A DNA stretch of 64,000 nt, taken from Bacteroidales bacterium. GTDB taxonomy: Bacteria > Bacteroidota > Bacteroidia > Bacteroidales > ML635J-15. A program made the translations under genes and the position numbers. A model generated the notes under the pieces. The model was not told the DNA's origin. It ran no database searches and saw only the letters and a list, made by a program, of their open reading frames with translations. The DNA is taken from NCBI GenBank assembly GCA_017551515.1, contig JAFZLK010000052.1, forward strand, positions 7,864-71,863, read 5' to 3'. This document shows, one piece after another, positions 47,180 through 56,600 of the stretch (the stretch's first letter is position 1; each line of letters begins with the position of its first letter).

Positions 47180-48205
47180 TTACAGCCACTTCCCCAATTC
47201 GCACAAATCTTCTTCTGTCGTTGACCAGCTTGTTGCGAAGCGGACAATCGTATGCGAATCGTCGTATTTCTCCCAGAAACTAAAGCATACATTTTGTGCG
47301 AGTTTGCTCATTTGTTCGTTTTCAAGGATTATAAACTGCTGGTTGGTAGGCGATTCCAAATAGAAGCGGTAACCTTTTCCTTTTAGCAATGATTTTAGTT
47401 TTTCTGCCATCTCAATTGCATGACGGCTGATTTCCATATAAAGATTGTTGGTGAAAAGCGTGTCGAATTGTATGCCGAGCAGACGACCTTTAGCGAGCAA
47501 GGCACCGCGTTGTTTCATCTTGGTAATGAAATGCTTAGGCATATTGTTGTGTGTAAAGACAACCGCTTCACCGCACAGCGCACCTACTTTTGTTCCACCG
47601 ATGTAGAAAACATCGCATAGTTCGGCAATGTCGGGTAGAGTGACATCAGTTTGCTTGCTTGCAAGTCCGTATCCGAGGCGTGCACCGTCTATAAACAACG
47701 GAATATTATGCTTTTTGCAAACATTGGAAATATCAGTCAGTTCGCTTTTGCTGTAAAGTGTGCCGTATTCGGTAGGGTGGGAGATATACACCATTCCTGG
47801 GAAAACCATGTGCTCGTGGTTGCCGTCATTGTAAAAAGTGGTGACATATTCGTCGATGTCATGTGCGTTCAGTTTTCCGTCTGTACCTTGGAGAGTAAGA
47901 ACTTTATGGCCAGTAAATTCTATTGCTCCGCCCTCGTGTACGCTTATGTGTCCCGATTTGGCCGCAATTACGCCCTCGTAGTCTGCAAGCATACTGCTAA
48001 TGACAACTTGGTTTGTCTGTGTTCCGCCCACAAGAAAATGTACTTTTGCATCGGAGCGGTTGCAAGCCTTTTTGATTTTTTCTTCAGCCATCTGGCAATA
48101 CTTGTCCTCGCCATATCCGACAAGCGCTTCCATGTTTGTTTCTGCCAGTCGTTTAAGTATTTTGGGATGCGCACCTGCTATGTAGTCGCTTTCAAATGAA
48201 ATCAT
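47180..48205 (-). CDS. PLP-dependent threonine aldolase / beta-eliminating lyase family protein
   Basis: 341 aa. The sequence FESDY..GAHP..L..., GGTQTN and the PLP-lysine context GGTKVG are typical of low-specificity threonine aldolases. Confidence 0.8.
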   Translation of the reverse strand: MISFESDYIAGAHPKILKRLAETNMEALVGYGEDKYCQMAEEKIKKACNRSDAKVHFLVGGTQTNQVVISSMLADYEGVIAAKSGHISVHEGGAIEFTGHKVLTLQGTDGKLNAHDIDEYVTTFYNDGNHEHMVFPGMVYISHPTEYGTLYSKSELTDISNVCKKHNIPLFIDGARLGYGLASKQTDVTLPDIAELCDVFYIGGTKVGALCGEAVVFTHNNMPKHFITKMKQRGALLAKGRLLGIQFDTLFTNNLYMEISRHAIEMAEKLKSLLKGKGYRFYLESPTNQQFIILENEQMSKLAQNVCFSFWEKYDDSHTIVRFATSWSTTEEDLCELGKWL

Positions 48206-48264
48206 ATCCGAGAAATTTAGTCGTGCAAAAAATTATTTGCGTTTATGTAAGAAAATCATTGCTA

Positions 48265-48672
48265 TTATGAGTTTTTCTCGTTTGTCAGTGCAATTATTTT
48301 CTCGACAAGTGTTTCTACCTTTGGAAAAAGTTGTTCGACATCTTCTTTCGTTGCATCAATAAAGTCATCATAATCGCTACCTTGTCTAAATGCAAAGACC
48401 AGACCGAACAAATGTCCGTCTTCTTTAGTAAGAATATCAGTCTTTACATAATATTGATTAACTAATGAAAGGGCTCCTTTGTGTGTGTTTACTGGATGCG
48501 AATCTTTTGTTAGTAATGCCGAAACTGCATAATATAGTGCGTAGTACATTCTGTTTGCTATTATGCTCCAAACTTCCAATGGCATTACCTTTTTTATCTC
48601 ATCCAATGCCATACGAGCTTTTTCTGTCCGATATGCTACTATTGCATTGCGTTCTTCCTGTGATAGACTCAT
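48265..48672 (-). CDS. HEPN-domain protein (putative toxin of an MNT-HEPN pair)
   Basis: The ATG at 48672 (MSLSQEERNAI..) is preferred over the upstream start in the track. It is all-helical and has an FRQGSDYDD (R-x4-DY) HEPN-type motif. It shows a 4-nt ATGA start/stop overlap with the upstream nucleotidyltransferase gene. Confidence 0.7.
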   Translation of the reverse strand: MSLSQEERNAIVAYRTEKARMALDEIKKVMPLEVWSIIANRMYYALYYAVSALLTKDSHPVNTHKGALSLVNQYYVKTDILTKEDGHLFGLVFAFRQGSDYDDFIDATKEDVEQLFPKVETLVEKIIALTNEKNS

Positions 48673-49007
48673 AATTGTATTCCTTCCTCTTTTACATTGT
48701 GCTTGAATAATGATGGTGGGGCAGAATTCCATTGGTCAATGGTATAAACGAGCGTATTTATCTCTTCACCTATGTCAAAACCTTTGTCCCATAATTCGCA
48801 AGCAATTTCATATCTTTCGATGTGAGGCATAGGTGGCTTGTTAAGCAGGACAATTATATCCCAATCGGAATCCTCGTGATTGTCGCCACGTGCGCGTGAA
48901 CCGTACAGAATTATTTGCGCATCGGGTTCTTTGTCACGAATCGTAGAACGAATCATGTCCAGTACCATATCTCTGCTTTGCCGTTCCATTATATGTTTAT
49001 TAAGCAT
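48669..49007 (-). CDS. Minimal nucleotidyltransferase (MNT) domain protein (putative antitoxin)
   Basis: It has the Pol-beta-type NTase motif YGSRARGD...DSDWDIIV. Confidence 0.8.
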   Translation of the reverse strand: MLNKHIMERQSRDMVLDMIRSTIRDKEPDAQIILYGSRARGDNHEDSDWDIIVLLNKPPMPHIERYEIACELWDKGFDIGEEINTLVYTIDQWNSAPPSLFKHNVKEEGIQL

Positions 49008-49094
49008 ATTTCAATGGCAAATATACAACATTTTATTCAAAATCAAATGCCGAATGATTTTTGTAAACCTCTGCCAATGTTCAAATAAAAGTCG

Positions 49095-49102
49095 TATATT
49101 TG
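49095..49102 (+). promoter_or_regulatory. -7 box (TATATTTG) upstream of clpP
   Basis: It lies 21 nt upstream of the ATG at 49124. Confidence 0.45.
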
Positions 49103-49123
49103 CACCTCTAAAAAAAATGACAA

Positions 49124-49804
49124 ATGAACTTTAATAACGATTTTCGCAAATACGCCGTAAAGCACAGAGGCGTAAACGGTCTTGTTTTCGACCAGTACAC
49201 AAGTATTTACAACGGATACATTAATCCGACAATTATAGAGGAGCGCACTCTTAATGTTGCACAGATGGATGTGTTCTCTCGCTTGATGATGGACAGGATT
49301 ATTTTCCTTGGAACACCAATCAACGATGATGTTGCAAACATAATTCAGGCACAGTTGCTTTTCCTCGAAAGCAGTGATCCGAACAAGGACATCCAGATAT
49401 ATTTCAACTCGCCGGGCGGTTCGGTTTATGCAGGACTTGGCATTTACGACACCATGCAGTACATTCGTTCCGATGTCGCCACCATCTGCACTGGTATGGC
49501 TGCTTCGATGGCTGCCGTTCTGCTTTGCGCTGGCGCACACGGAAAGCGTTCGGCTCTCAAGCATTCGCGCGTGATGATTCACCAGCCTATGGGCGGTGCC
49601 GAAGGGCAGGCTTCCGACATTGAAATCACTGCAAAGGAAATCTTGAAGCTTCGCGAGGAATTATACGAAATCATTGCCAACCACTCGCATCAGGACATCG
49701 AAAAGGTGCGTCTCGATTCCGACCGCGACCACTGGATGATTGCCGAGGAAGCAAAGGAATATGGAATGATTGACGAAATTCTGTATAGGGAAATCGAATA
49801 CTAA
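49124..49804 (+). CDS. clpP: ATP-dependent Clp protease proteolytic subunit
   Basis: The sequence [22 protein letters not shown], the catalytic Ser context GMAASMAA and MIHQP are present. Confidence 0.95.
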   Translation: MNFNNDFRKYAVKHRGVNGLVFDQYTSIYNGYINPTIIEERTLNVAQMDVFSRLMMDRIIFLGTPINDDVANIIQAQLLFLESSDPNKDIQIYFNSPGGSVYAGLGIYDTMQYIRSDVATICTGMAASMAAVLLCAGAHGKRSALKHSRVMIHQPMGGAEGQASDIEITAKEILKLREELYEIIANHSHQDIEKVRLDSDRDHWMIAEEAKEYGMIDEILYREIEY

Positions 49805-50209
49805 TTGAGAAAATTGTTTCAAGTTTCTGGTTTCTGAGTTTCTGGTTTCTAGTTGTTTGAAGTTGTTTAAGGTAGTTTGAAATGGTTTTAATAAAACAAC
49901 CATAAACGGCTTTAGCCATTGAAACAGCGAAGCGTAGAAATTTAGAAACTAGAAACATATAAACGGCGTCAGCCATAGAAACTCAGAAACGAGAAACATA
50001 GAAACAAAAAAACGCGGAATCAGATTGGCTACGCCGAGCTAAAGGTTCTGAAACAAGTCCAGCATGACATTCCGCGTTTTTTAGAAACAGCGAAGCGTAG
50101 AAATTTAGGAACTAGAAACATATAAACGGCGTAGCCACAGAAACAGCGAAGCGTAGAAACTTAGAAACGTGAAACTTATAAACGGCGTTAGCCAAAGAAA
50201 CTAAACTTT
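49805..50209. repeat. 405-nt repeat-laden clpP-clpX spacer (GTTTC heptads, then GAAAC heptads, 54-57-nt tandem/dispersed units, 14-bp perfect inverted repeat)
   Basis: The unit 49921-49975 recurs at 50084-50137 with 1 substitution and 1 indel, and a diverged third copy lies at 50138-50194. The inverted repeat is AAAAAACGCGGAAT (50007-50020) / ATTCCGCGTTTTTT (50069-50082). Confidence 0.85.
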
Positions 50210-51427
50210 ATGGACAAAAACGATAGATGCTCGCTATGCGGTCGCCCGCGCAAGGATGTTGGAATCCTGTTTCAGGGTGTCAACGGAAATGTTTGCGATG
50301 ACTGCATAAGACGAGGATACGAAATATTGAAAGAGGAAGAGCAGTTTAAGAAAGAAAAGCCGACTAAGGCAATTAAACTTAAGAAGCCTAAAGAGATAAA
50401 AGCATTCCTCGATGACTATGTAATTGGTCAGGACTTTGCAAAGAAGGTGCTGTCGGTGGCCGTATACAACCACTACAAGCGTATAAGTCAGGAGAAAAAC
50501 GATGTTGACATTGAAAAATCGAACATAATAATGGTTGGCGAGACTGGTACAGGCAAAACATTGCTGGCTAAGACTATAGCCAAGATGCTCAATGTGCCTT
50601 TCGCTATCGTTGATGCAACGGTTCTTACCGAAGCAGGTTATGTAGGCGAGGACATCGAAAGTCTTCTTACACGACTTTTGCAGGCAGCCGACTACGATGT
50701 GGCATCGGCGGAACAGGGCATTGTTTTCATAGATGAGATTGACAAGATTGCCCGCAAAGGCGACAATCCGAGCATTACCCGTGATGTGTCGGGCGAAGGC
50801 GTTCAGCAGGGTCTTTTGAAACTCCTCGAAGGATCGATTGTAAATGTTCCCCCGCAGGGCGGACGCAAGCATCCAGAGCAGAAGATGATTGCCGTTGATA
50901 CAAAGAACATTCTGTTTATCTGCGGTGGTGCGTTCGAGGGACTTGACAAAATCATCGCCCGTCGTATGAACACACAGGTAGTAGGTTACGGAACGCAGAA
51001 GAACATAGAGAAAATCGACAGCAAGAATATGTTGCAGTATGTCATTCCCGAGGACATTCGCAAGTTCGGTCTTATCCCCGAAATTGTTGGTCGTCTGCCA
51101 GTGCTTGCCTACCTAAATCCACTTGACCGCGAAGCATTGAGAATGATACTTACTGAACCGAAGAACTCCATTGTAAACCAGTACATAAAGTTGTTCAAGA
51201 TTGATGGAATCGACATTAAGTTCGAGGAGGAAGCCCTGAATTATATCGTTGACCAGGCAATATCGTTCAAACTTGGTGCTCGTGGACTGCGTTCTATTTG
51301 CGAGTCGATAATGCTTGAGGCCATGTTTGAAATGCCATCTGAAAACAAGAAGTCGTTTACGGTGACTAAGGAGTACGCCGAAAGCAAACTCGACAAGACT
51401 GCCGCTATAAAGTTTAGAAATGCGTAA
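50210..51427 (+). CDS. clpX: ATP-dependent Clp protease ATP-binding subunit ClpX
   Basis: It has an N-terminal zinc finger (CSLCGR...CDDC), Walker A (GETGTGKT) and Walker B (IVFIDEIDK). Confidence 0.95.
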   Translation: MDKNDRCSLCGRPRKDVGILFQGVNGNVCDDCIRRGYEILKEEEQFKKEKPTKAIKLKKPKEIKAFLDDYVIGQDFAKKVLSVAVYNHYKRISQEKNDVDIEKSNIIMVGETGTGKTLLAKTIAKMLNVPFAIVDATVLTEAGYVGEDIESLLTRLLQAADYDVASAEQGIVFIDEIDKIARKGDNPSITRDVSGEGVQQGLLKLLEGSIVNVPPQGGRKHPEQKMIAVDTKNILFICGGAFEGLDKIIARRMNTQVVGYGTQKNIEKIDSKNMLQYVIPEDIRKFGLIPEIVGRLPVLAYLNPLDREALRMILTEPKNSIVNQYIKLFKIDGIDIKFEEEALNYIVDQAISFKLGARGLRSICESIMLEAMFEMPSENKKSFTVTKEYAESKLDKTAAIKFRNA

Positions 51428-51500
51428 AAAAGGCTGGCAGGCTTACAGGCCGACAGCCCTGAAGCCTTGCTTAATGTAGAAGCTGTTTATTAAAAATAAT

Positions 51501-51508
51501 TATTTTTG
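51501..51508 (+). promoter_or_regulatory. -7 box (TATTTTTG) upstream of the GT2 gene
   Basis: It lies 17 nt upstream of the ATG at 51526. Confidence 0.45.
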
Positions 51509-51525
51509 CATCAACAATTAATTGA

Positions 51526-52296
51526 ATGCTAATGCAGAAAACCGCCAACATAAGCGCAGTAATACTTGTAAAGAATGCCGAGAAGACAATCGCTGAATGT
51601 CTTGAGTCGCTTCGTGCGTTTGGCGAAGTGATTCTGCTTGATAACGGTAGCACCGACCGAACCCTTGAAATCGCTGGTGATTTTCAAAATGTAAAGGTTT
51701 ACAGCGAACTGAATTTTTATGGTTTCGGCAAAATGAAAAACATAGCGGTAAGCCATGCTACCAACGACTGGGTATTGAGCATTGATTCCGATGAGGTTCT
51801 TATGCCCGATGTAGTTGGCAAGATAAATTCCATGCAATTGAACGACAATACAGTTGTTGCTTTGTCTAGGCTCAACTACTACAACGGACGATGCATGAAA
51901 TGTTGCGGCTGGTATCCCGACTATGTATGGCGCATCTTCAATCGGAAATATACACGCTTCAACGAAAATATGGTTCACGAGAGCATCGAAATTTTGCCCG
52001 ACACCGAAAAGGTTTACATCAAGGATGCAATAAAGCATTATACTTCCGAAAATATAAGTTCGCTAATAGCAAAGATGGAAAGCTATTCTACGCTTGCTGC
52101 TCAGCAAAAGTTTAAAGCAGGCAAGAAAACAAGCGTTGTTGCAGCGATATTCAAGTCGTTGCATACATTCAACAGGGACTATTTTTTTCGCAAAGGCATA
52201 TTCTACGGTTATCGCGGACTGGTGATTTCGGCGATAAATGCTGCTACAACCTTCCTAAAGTACATGAAGTTGTACGAAATGGGAATTAAGAAATAG
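51526..52296 (+). CDS. Family-2 glycosyltransferase (LPS-core/KdtX-like)
   Basis: ISAVILVKNAEKTIAECLESL....LLDNGSTD and SIDSDE (DxD-like) are typical of small GT2 enzymes. Confidence 0.8.
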   Translation: MLMQKTANISAVILVKNAEKTIAECLESLRAFGEVILLDNGSTDRTLEIAGDFQNVKVYSELNFYGFGKMKNIAVSHATNDWVLSIDSDEVLMPDVVGKINSMQLNDNTVVALSRLNYYNGRCMKCCGWYPDYVWRIFNRKYTRFNENMVHESIEILPDTEKVYIKDAIKHYTSENISSLIAKMESYSTLAAQQKFKAGKKTSVVAAIFKSLHTFNRDYFFRKGIFYGYRGLVISAINAATTFLKYMKLYEMGIKK

Positions 52297-52318
52297 TATT
52301 TAGAGCGAGTTTTCTTTT

Positions 52319-53548
52319 CTACCTCTCTACAAAAACCAAATAATACGCATCGTATGGGTCACCAACTCCAACGCTCGGCTGGTATAGAAATACCGCAACC
52401 TTCTTCGATGTCTGCTCATAGTACGACATAAACTCTTCCTGTCCGGACAATGTCTGCCAGATATAGCCCAAATCATTATCAGATTCGTCAACATCTTGGA
52501 CATAATGTCCATCAACATCTATGTAAGAAATTCTGTCTCTTGGGAAAGACAAACTATATTTCATCGTATATTCAGGCACGTATGTGTCTACATTTCCACC
52601 TTTTACGAAAGTGTCTGGAAAATTAAGGGCACCGCATCCGGCCCATATTATTGAACCATCCATAAGAAGATTATCGGTGTCATGATAGTAAAATTTAATG
52701 TAACCGAAATCGTGAGGAGACATGTAGTCTGCAAGGAAAGGAATTTCGTTTCCTTCGTTCTGCTTGTTTGTAACATTCATAGAGTAAAAACCTCCGTATT
52801 CAAACGTCATGTAATCGACCTTGGCAATAAGAATGTCCTTGTCCAAATATTCATCGGTGAGGTTTACGGTAGGGACTTCTGGAAGCGGATTGTTCACTCG
52901 TTCGTTGATAATCTGCATACATACCGACGGATTCCATTGTCCATAACTCAAATGCAAACTATATTTGTATGCTTGACTATCATTTGCTGAAAACGAAAAA
53001 CTAATATTATCAGAAGATGGGTCAACTGATTCCAATGCCTCCAAGATTTGTTCGGGTGTATCAACATACTGATATCCATTATTACCAATTTTCATAGAAT
53101 AACTTTCCCTGACCAGCAATGGATATGAACTGGATTGCAATATCTCTAAAAGCCATTTCTTAAAGATTGCCGACAATGTATCAATGTCGCTGCTTTCCAA
53201 TTTCATTTCTACATTCGGAACCCTATCGTCATATCCGAAATGAACAAACAAATATTTTGATATGCTGTCAACCCTTGTGTCTGTATATTTCGCACTAAGA
53301 TTGTTGTTGTATTCACATTCCTCGTATCCGTTTGTCGTCAAATATTCATTATATGCAGTAACTTCCATGCCAATCAACGACTTCAAAAACACAAAGTCTC
53401 CACCATCGGTTTCGTAATCCTGCAAGATTGTTCTTGAACCGCCAATTGGGTTTTCTTCAGGATCAAATTTAATGCGTTCGCATGAAGCAAAGGAAAACGC
53501 AAATGCGATTCCAATGAATATTACCGAAAGTTTCAAGTTAGTTTTCAT
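52319..53548 (-). CDS. Hypothetical lipoprotein (409 aa), no family recognised
   Basis: It has a lipobox (AFSFASC) and good coding character. It sits 79 nt downstream of the type-B CTD gene array. Confidence 0.5.
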   Translation of the reverse strand: MKTNLKLSVIFIGIAFAFSFASCERIKFDPEENPIGGSRTILQDYETDGGDFVFLKSLIGMEVTAYNEYLTTNGYEECEYNNNLSAKYTDTRVDSISKYLFVHFGYDDRVPNVEMKLESSDIDTLSAIFKKWLLEILQSSSYPLLVRESYSMKIGNNGYQYVDTPEQILEALESVDPSSDNISFSFSANDSQAYKYSLHLSYGQWNPSVCMQIINERVNNPLPEVPTVNLTDEYLDKDILIAKVDYMTFEYGGFYSMNVTNKQNEGNEIPFLADYMSPHDFGYIKFYYHDTDNLLMDGSIIWAGCGALNFPDTFVKGGNVDTYVPEYTMKYSLSFPRDRISYIDVDGHYVQDVDESDNDLGYIWQTLSGQEEFMSYYEQTSKKVAVFLYQPSVGVGDPYDAYYLVFVER

Positions 53549-53574
53549 ACTGAATTTTTTTAATGTTTATGCCA

Positions 53575-53582
53575 CAAAGATA
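53575..53582 (-). promoter_or_regulatory. -7 box (TATCTTTG on minus strand) for the lipoprotein gene
   Basis: It lies 26 nt upstream of the ATG at 53548. Confidence 0.4.
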
Positions 53583-53627
53583 ATTAATTAAATTTATGTA
53601 CAAAAAAATCACATTAAATATACAAAA

Positions 53628-56600
53628 TTATTTTATTAGCATAAGGTTCCCCTTCTTCGTTCTTATGCTACCATCGTACATTTCGGCTTCCACATAGTAG
53701 GAATAGGTGTCGATGTTCTGTACTTTGCCTTTAAGTCTGCCGTCCCAGCCTCGGTTAAGGTCATCGGAGAAGAAGACTTCTTCGCCCCAGCGGTTGAAAA
53801 TGCGGAACTGCAACAGCCGCTTTATGCCAAGTCCACGCACATATACAATGTTGTTGCCGTCACCTTCGCTGAGCGGAGTGAAAGCGCCCGGCACATCGAG
53901 CGAAAACTTCATTTCAACATCTATGTGTATGTCGAAACTCTTTTCGTAGCAACCAAGCGAATCGCTGAGCCAAACAATATAATTGGTAGTTGCGTTGGGG
54001 AAGAAAAACAAAGTGTCGCAACCGATGGAAATAACGCTGTCAAGAGGCAACCATCGGCAATTCAGGTCGGTTTCGGAAAGTATCACAGCGACAACGGTAT
54101 CGCCAATGTTTATGGATGCGTAATCGGGTTCTATCTCCGCTTCAACAGGCGCAATTACATCAATATGTACCGAATCGGTTGCCGAACATAAATGTTCTGT
54201 GTAAACATTGACATGGTATGTCGTGTTTTCGATTGGCGCTACCCTTTGGATGGGTCTGCTGTCGTTAATAGGCGCATCCCAGTAGTACGAAGCTCCGCCT
54301 ACAACAATAATGTCGGTTTCGTCTCCCAAGCATAATACGGTGTCCTTGTTTGTTAATGGGTGCGGACTTGGGAAAAGTACATATTCGTGCGAAACGCTGT
54401 CGTAGCAGTTGTGCTCGTTGGTTACGGCAAGCGAAACTACAAATGTAGAGTCGTTGTGTGATGGATTGGTCCAGTAAACAGGGACTTCCTCTTCCGATTC
54501 GTCAAGTCTGTGCCCGTTCTGGTACCATCTGAATTGTGCTTCTTCCGACGATTGGTTTACTAATGTCGCCGATAAAGGTTCGCACAAACCAGCATTAATC
54601 TCAACGCTATCGGCATATAGTCCGAAACGTGCGTCAACTTCGTAAACATATATCATTTCGGTTATGTCAATATTACATTCTCCACTTGTAAGACTCAGTA
54701 CTACAGGGAAATATCCTGATTGTGGAACATAATCGTAAGTATGCGTAACATTCGGCGTTGTATAGTTATATCCGCCTCCAACTACCCATTGGAACGACTG
54801 CACATTTTGGGCATTAAGCATACGGAAATTAACATTGTCGCCTGCACAAATTGCTGTATCGCTGATGTATATTTCGGCAGTTGGTCCACTTATCCATACA
54901 TTTGTATTTTTTGCCACACGGCAACCTGCTGGAGTTGTTATTTCGACTGATATTGTATAGTAACCTGGGGTATTGTAAAGGTATTCGGGATTCTCCACAT
55001 ACAGGTTGTCGCCGTTTCCCATGTTCCAGTGGAATAACGGATCTACGCCATCGGGCCAAGCAGTTGCCGAAACATCAAAGATGGGTTGGGCAGGGTAGCA
55101 ACTGAAATTTTGGTTTTGTGGCGAAAGGCTTGTGTTAAGACTTTCCACATACACGCCATTTTGATAATCGACTGCATCGGTACACCCGACACCACCGCTT
55201 ATATTAAGCGAAACAGAATACAAGCCCGGGGCAGAATAGCGGTGAGTAACAACAGGTCCGCTGTTATCCCATACCTCGCCGTCACCAAAGTCCCACGTGT
55301 AGCTGAAATCAGGATTTTCAACATTTGATGTAAATATAACCAAATCGGTACTACAAATGCTGTCGTCAAAATCCACTACAAGTTCTGGAATTGCTAATGC
55401 ATGCAAGTGATTTTCAAAAGATTGCTGGTCGTGGCAGCCATGTTTGGTAGTTACCATGTAGTATATCGAATATAAGCCAGTGTCGGCATATTCGTGCGAG
55501 ACGGGATTCCCTTGTATAGTTTCGTTGTGCCCGAAATTCCACTGCACATTGCGAATAGGGTCGTTTGTATTGGTGAGTATGCATTCGAATTCGACCGTAG
55601 TTGGTGCGCATACATTCTGGGGTGGAGGCATTATGGTCGATGTTGGGTCTACAACATATATCGGTTTTGTATAAATCGATATGCACTCGTCGTCTCCTTT
55701 TAGATATACGGTTACAGTATAGTCGCCTGGCTCTTCGAACCTATGTGGGTGCGATGTGTTAGAGGAAAATTCAAACCATTCGAGGTTCTCTACGGGCATA
55801 TCGTTAATTCCCCAGTTGTAGGCAATCCATTCATCCCCGCCATAGTCGACTTCAACCGATGAGTATTGTCCCATGCATACCGTATCGGGATCCAAATGCC
55901 AAATAAAATCTCTCATCGGGAGCTCAACTGTAACATAATCTCTGAATGTACACCCAGAATCATCATTATATCCAATAATGTTGCATTCATACACACCATA
56001 TCCTGGGAGGGAGACATGAATGGTTGATGCAGTGGAGTGCGATTCTGAGTATACTTGGGTGCCTTGCCCTCCGCCACTACTCCAAGTACTACCAGTGATA
56101 GACCAGTCCCAGTATTGCGCTCCTTGATTATTGGTAATATAGAATGTGTAGTCGAATGGAGTTGTGCATGGCGGAGATTGATATGAGACATGCAAAATAG
56201 GAGGCAGAACATAAACTCTGTCCTGATAGTATGAGTCTGATTCGCAATTCAGGTATTCTGTCATTATGCCGACATTATTCCAACCAGTATGAACATCAAA
56301 CATAAATCCGTTATACATGTTATTGGCAGGTCCATGTTCTCCATCTACCAGAATAGTAAAGTCTATGCTATCGGAACTTTCGTACATTGAGTTGTATAGA
56401 AGATACAAATCCTGCGGGCATACCGTATCGCCGTTTATACGGATGTGGTTTGTGTCGGTCGCCCAGAAATCCTCGGGTGGAATCTGTATGCCGACTTCAA
56501 TAGTATCGCATCTGTTCGAATCGAATTTGTGCAAGGTGCGAGTATCGGTGCATCCGTTGCGGTCGGTTATCGTAAGTGTAGGAATGTAAGCTCCCGGTAC

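Noticed and set aside
49661-49976. 80- and 101-aa minus-strand ORFs in the clpP-clpX spacer
   Set aside because: Their translations (..FLVSKFLRFAVSMA.., ..TRNQKLRNQKLET..) are just the heptad DNA repeats read in frame. They are low-complexity and have no start context.
50234-50872. 212-aa minus-strand ORF
   Set aside because: It is antisense to clpX, whose identity is unambiguous, so it is a shadow ORF. The same reasoning applies to 49043-49582 (antisense to clpP), 47651-48199, 44879-45418, 46013-46459, 51529-52038, 33253-33783, 22182-22685, 14796-15305, 3308-3766 and 31658-32113.
51428-51470. GC-rich word string after clpX (AAGGCTGGCAGGCTTACAGGCCGACAGCCCTGAAGCCTT) as a terminator
   Set aside because: Several alternative short pairings (GGCTG/CAGCC, AAGGCT/AGCCTT) are possible, but there is no single convincing stem and no U-tract. 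It was therefore not called as a feature.
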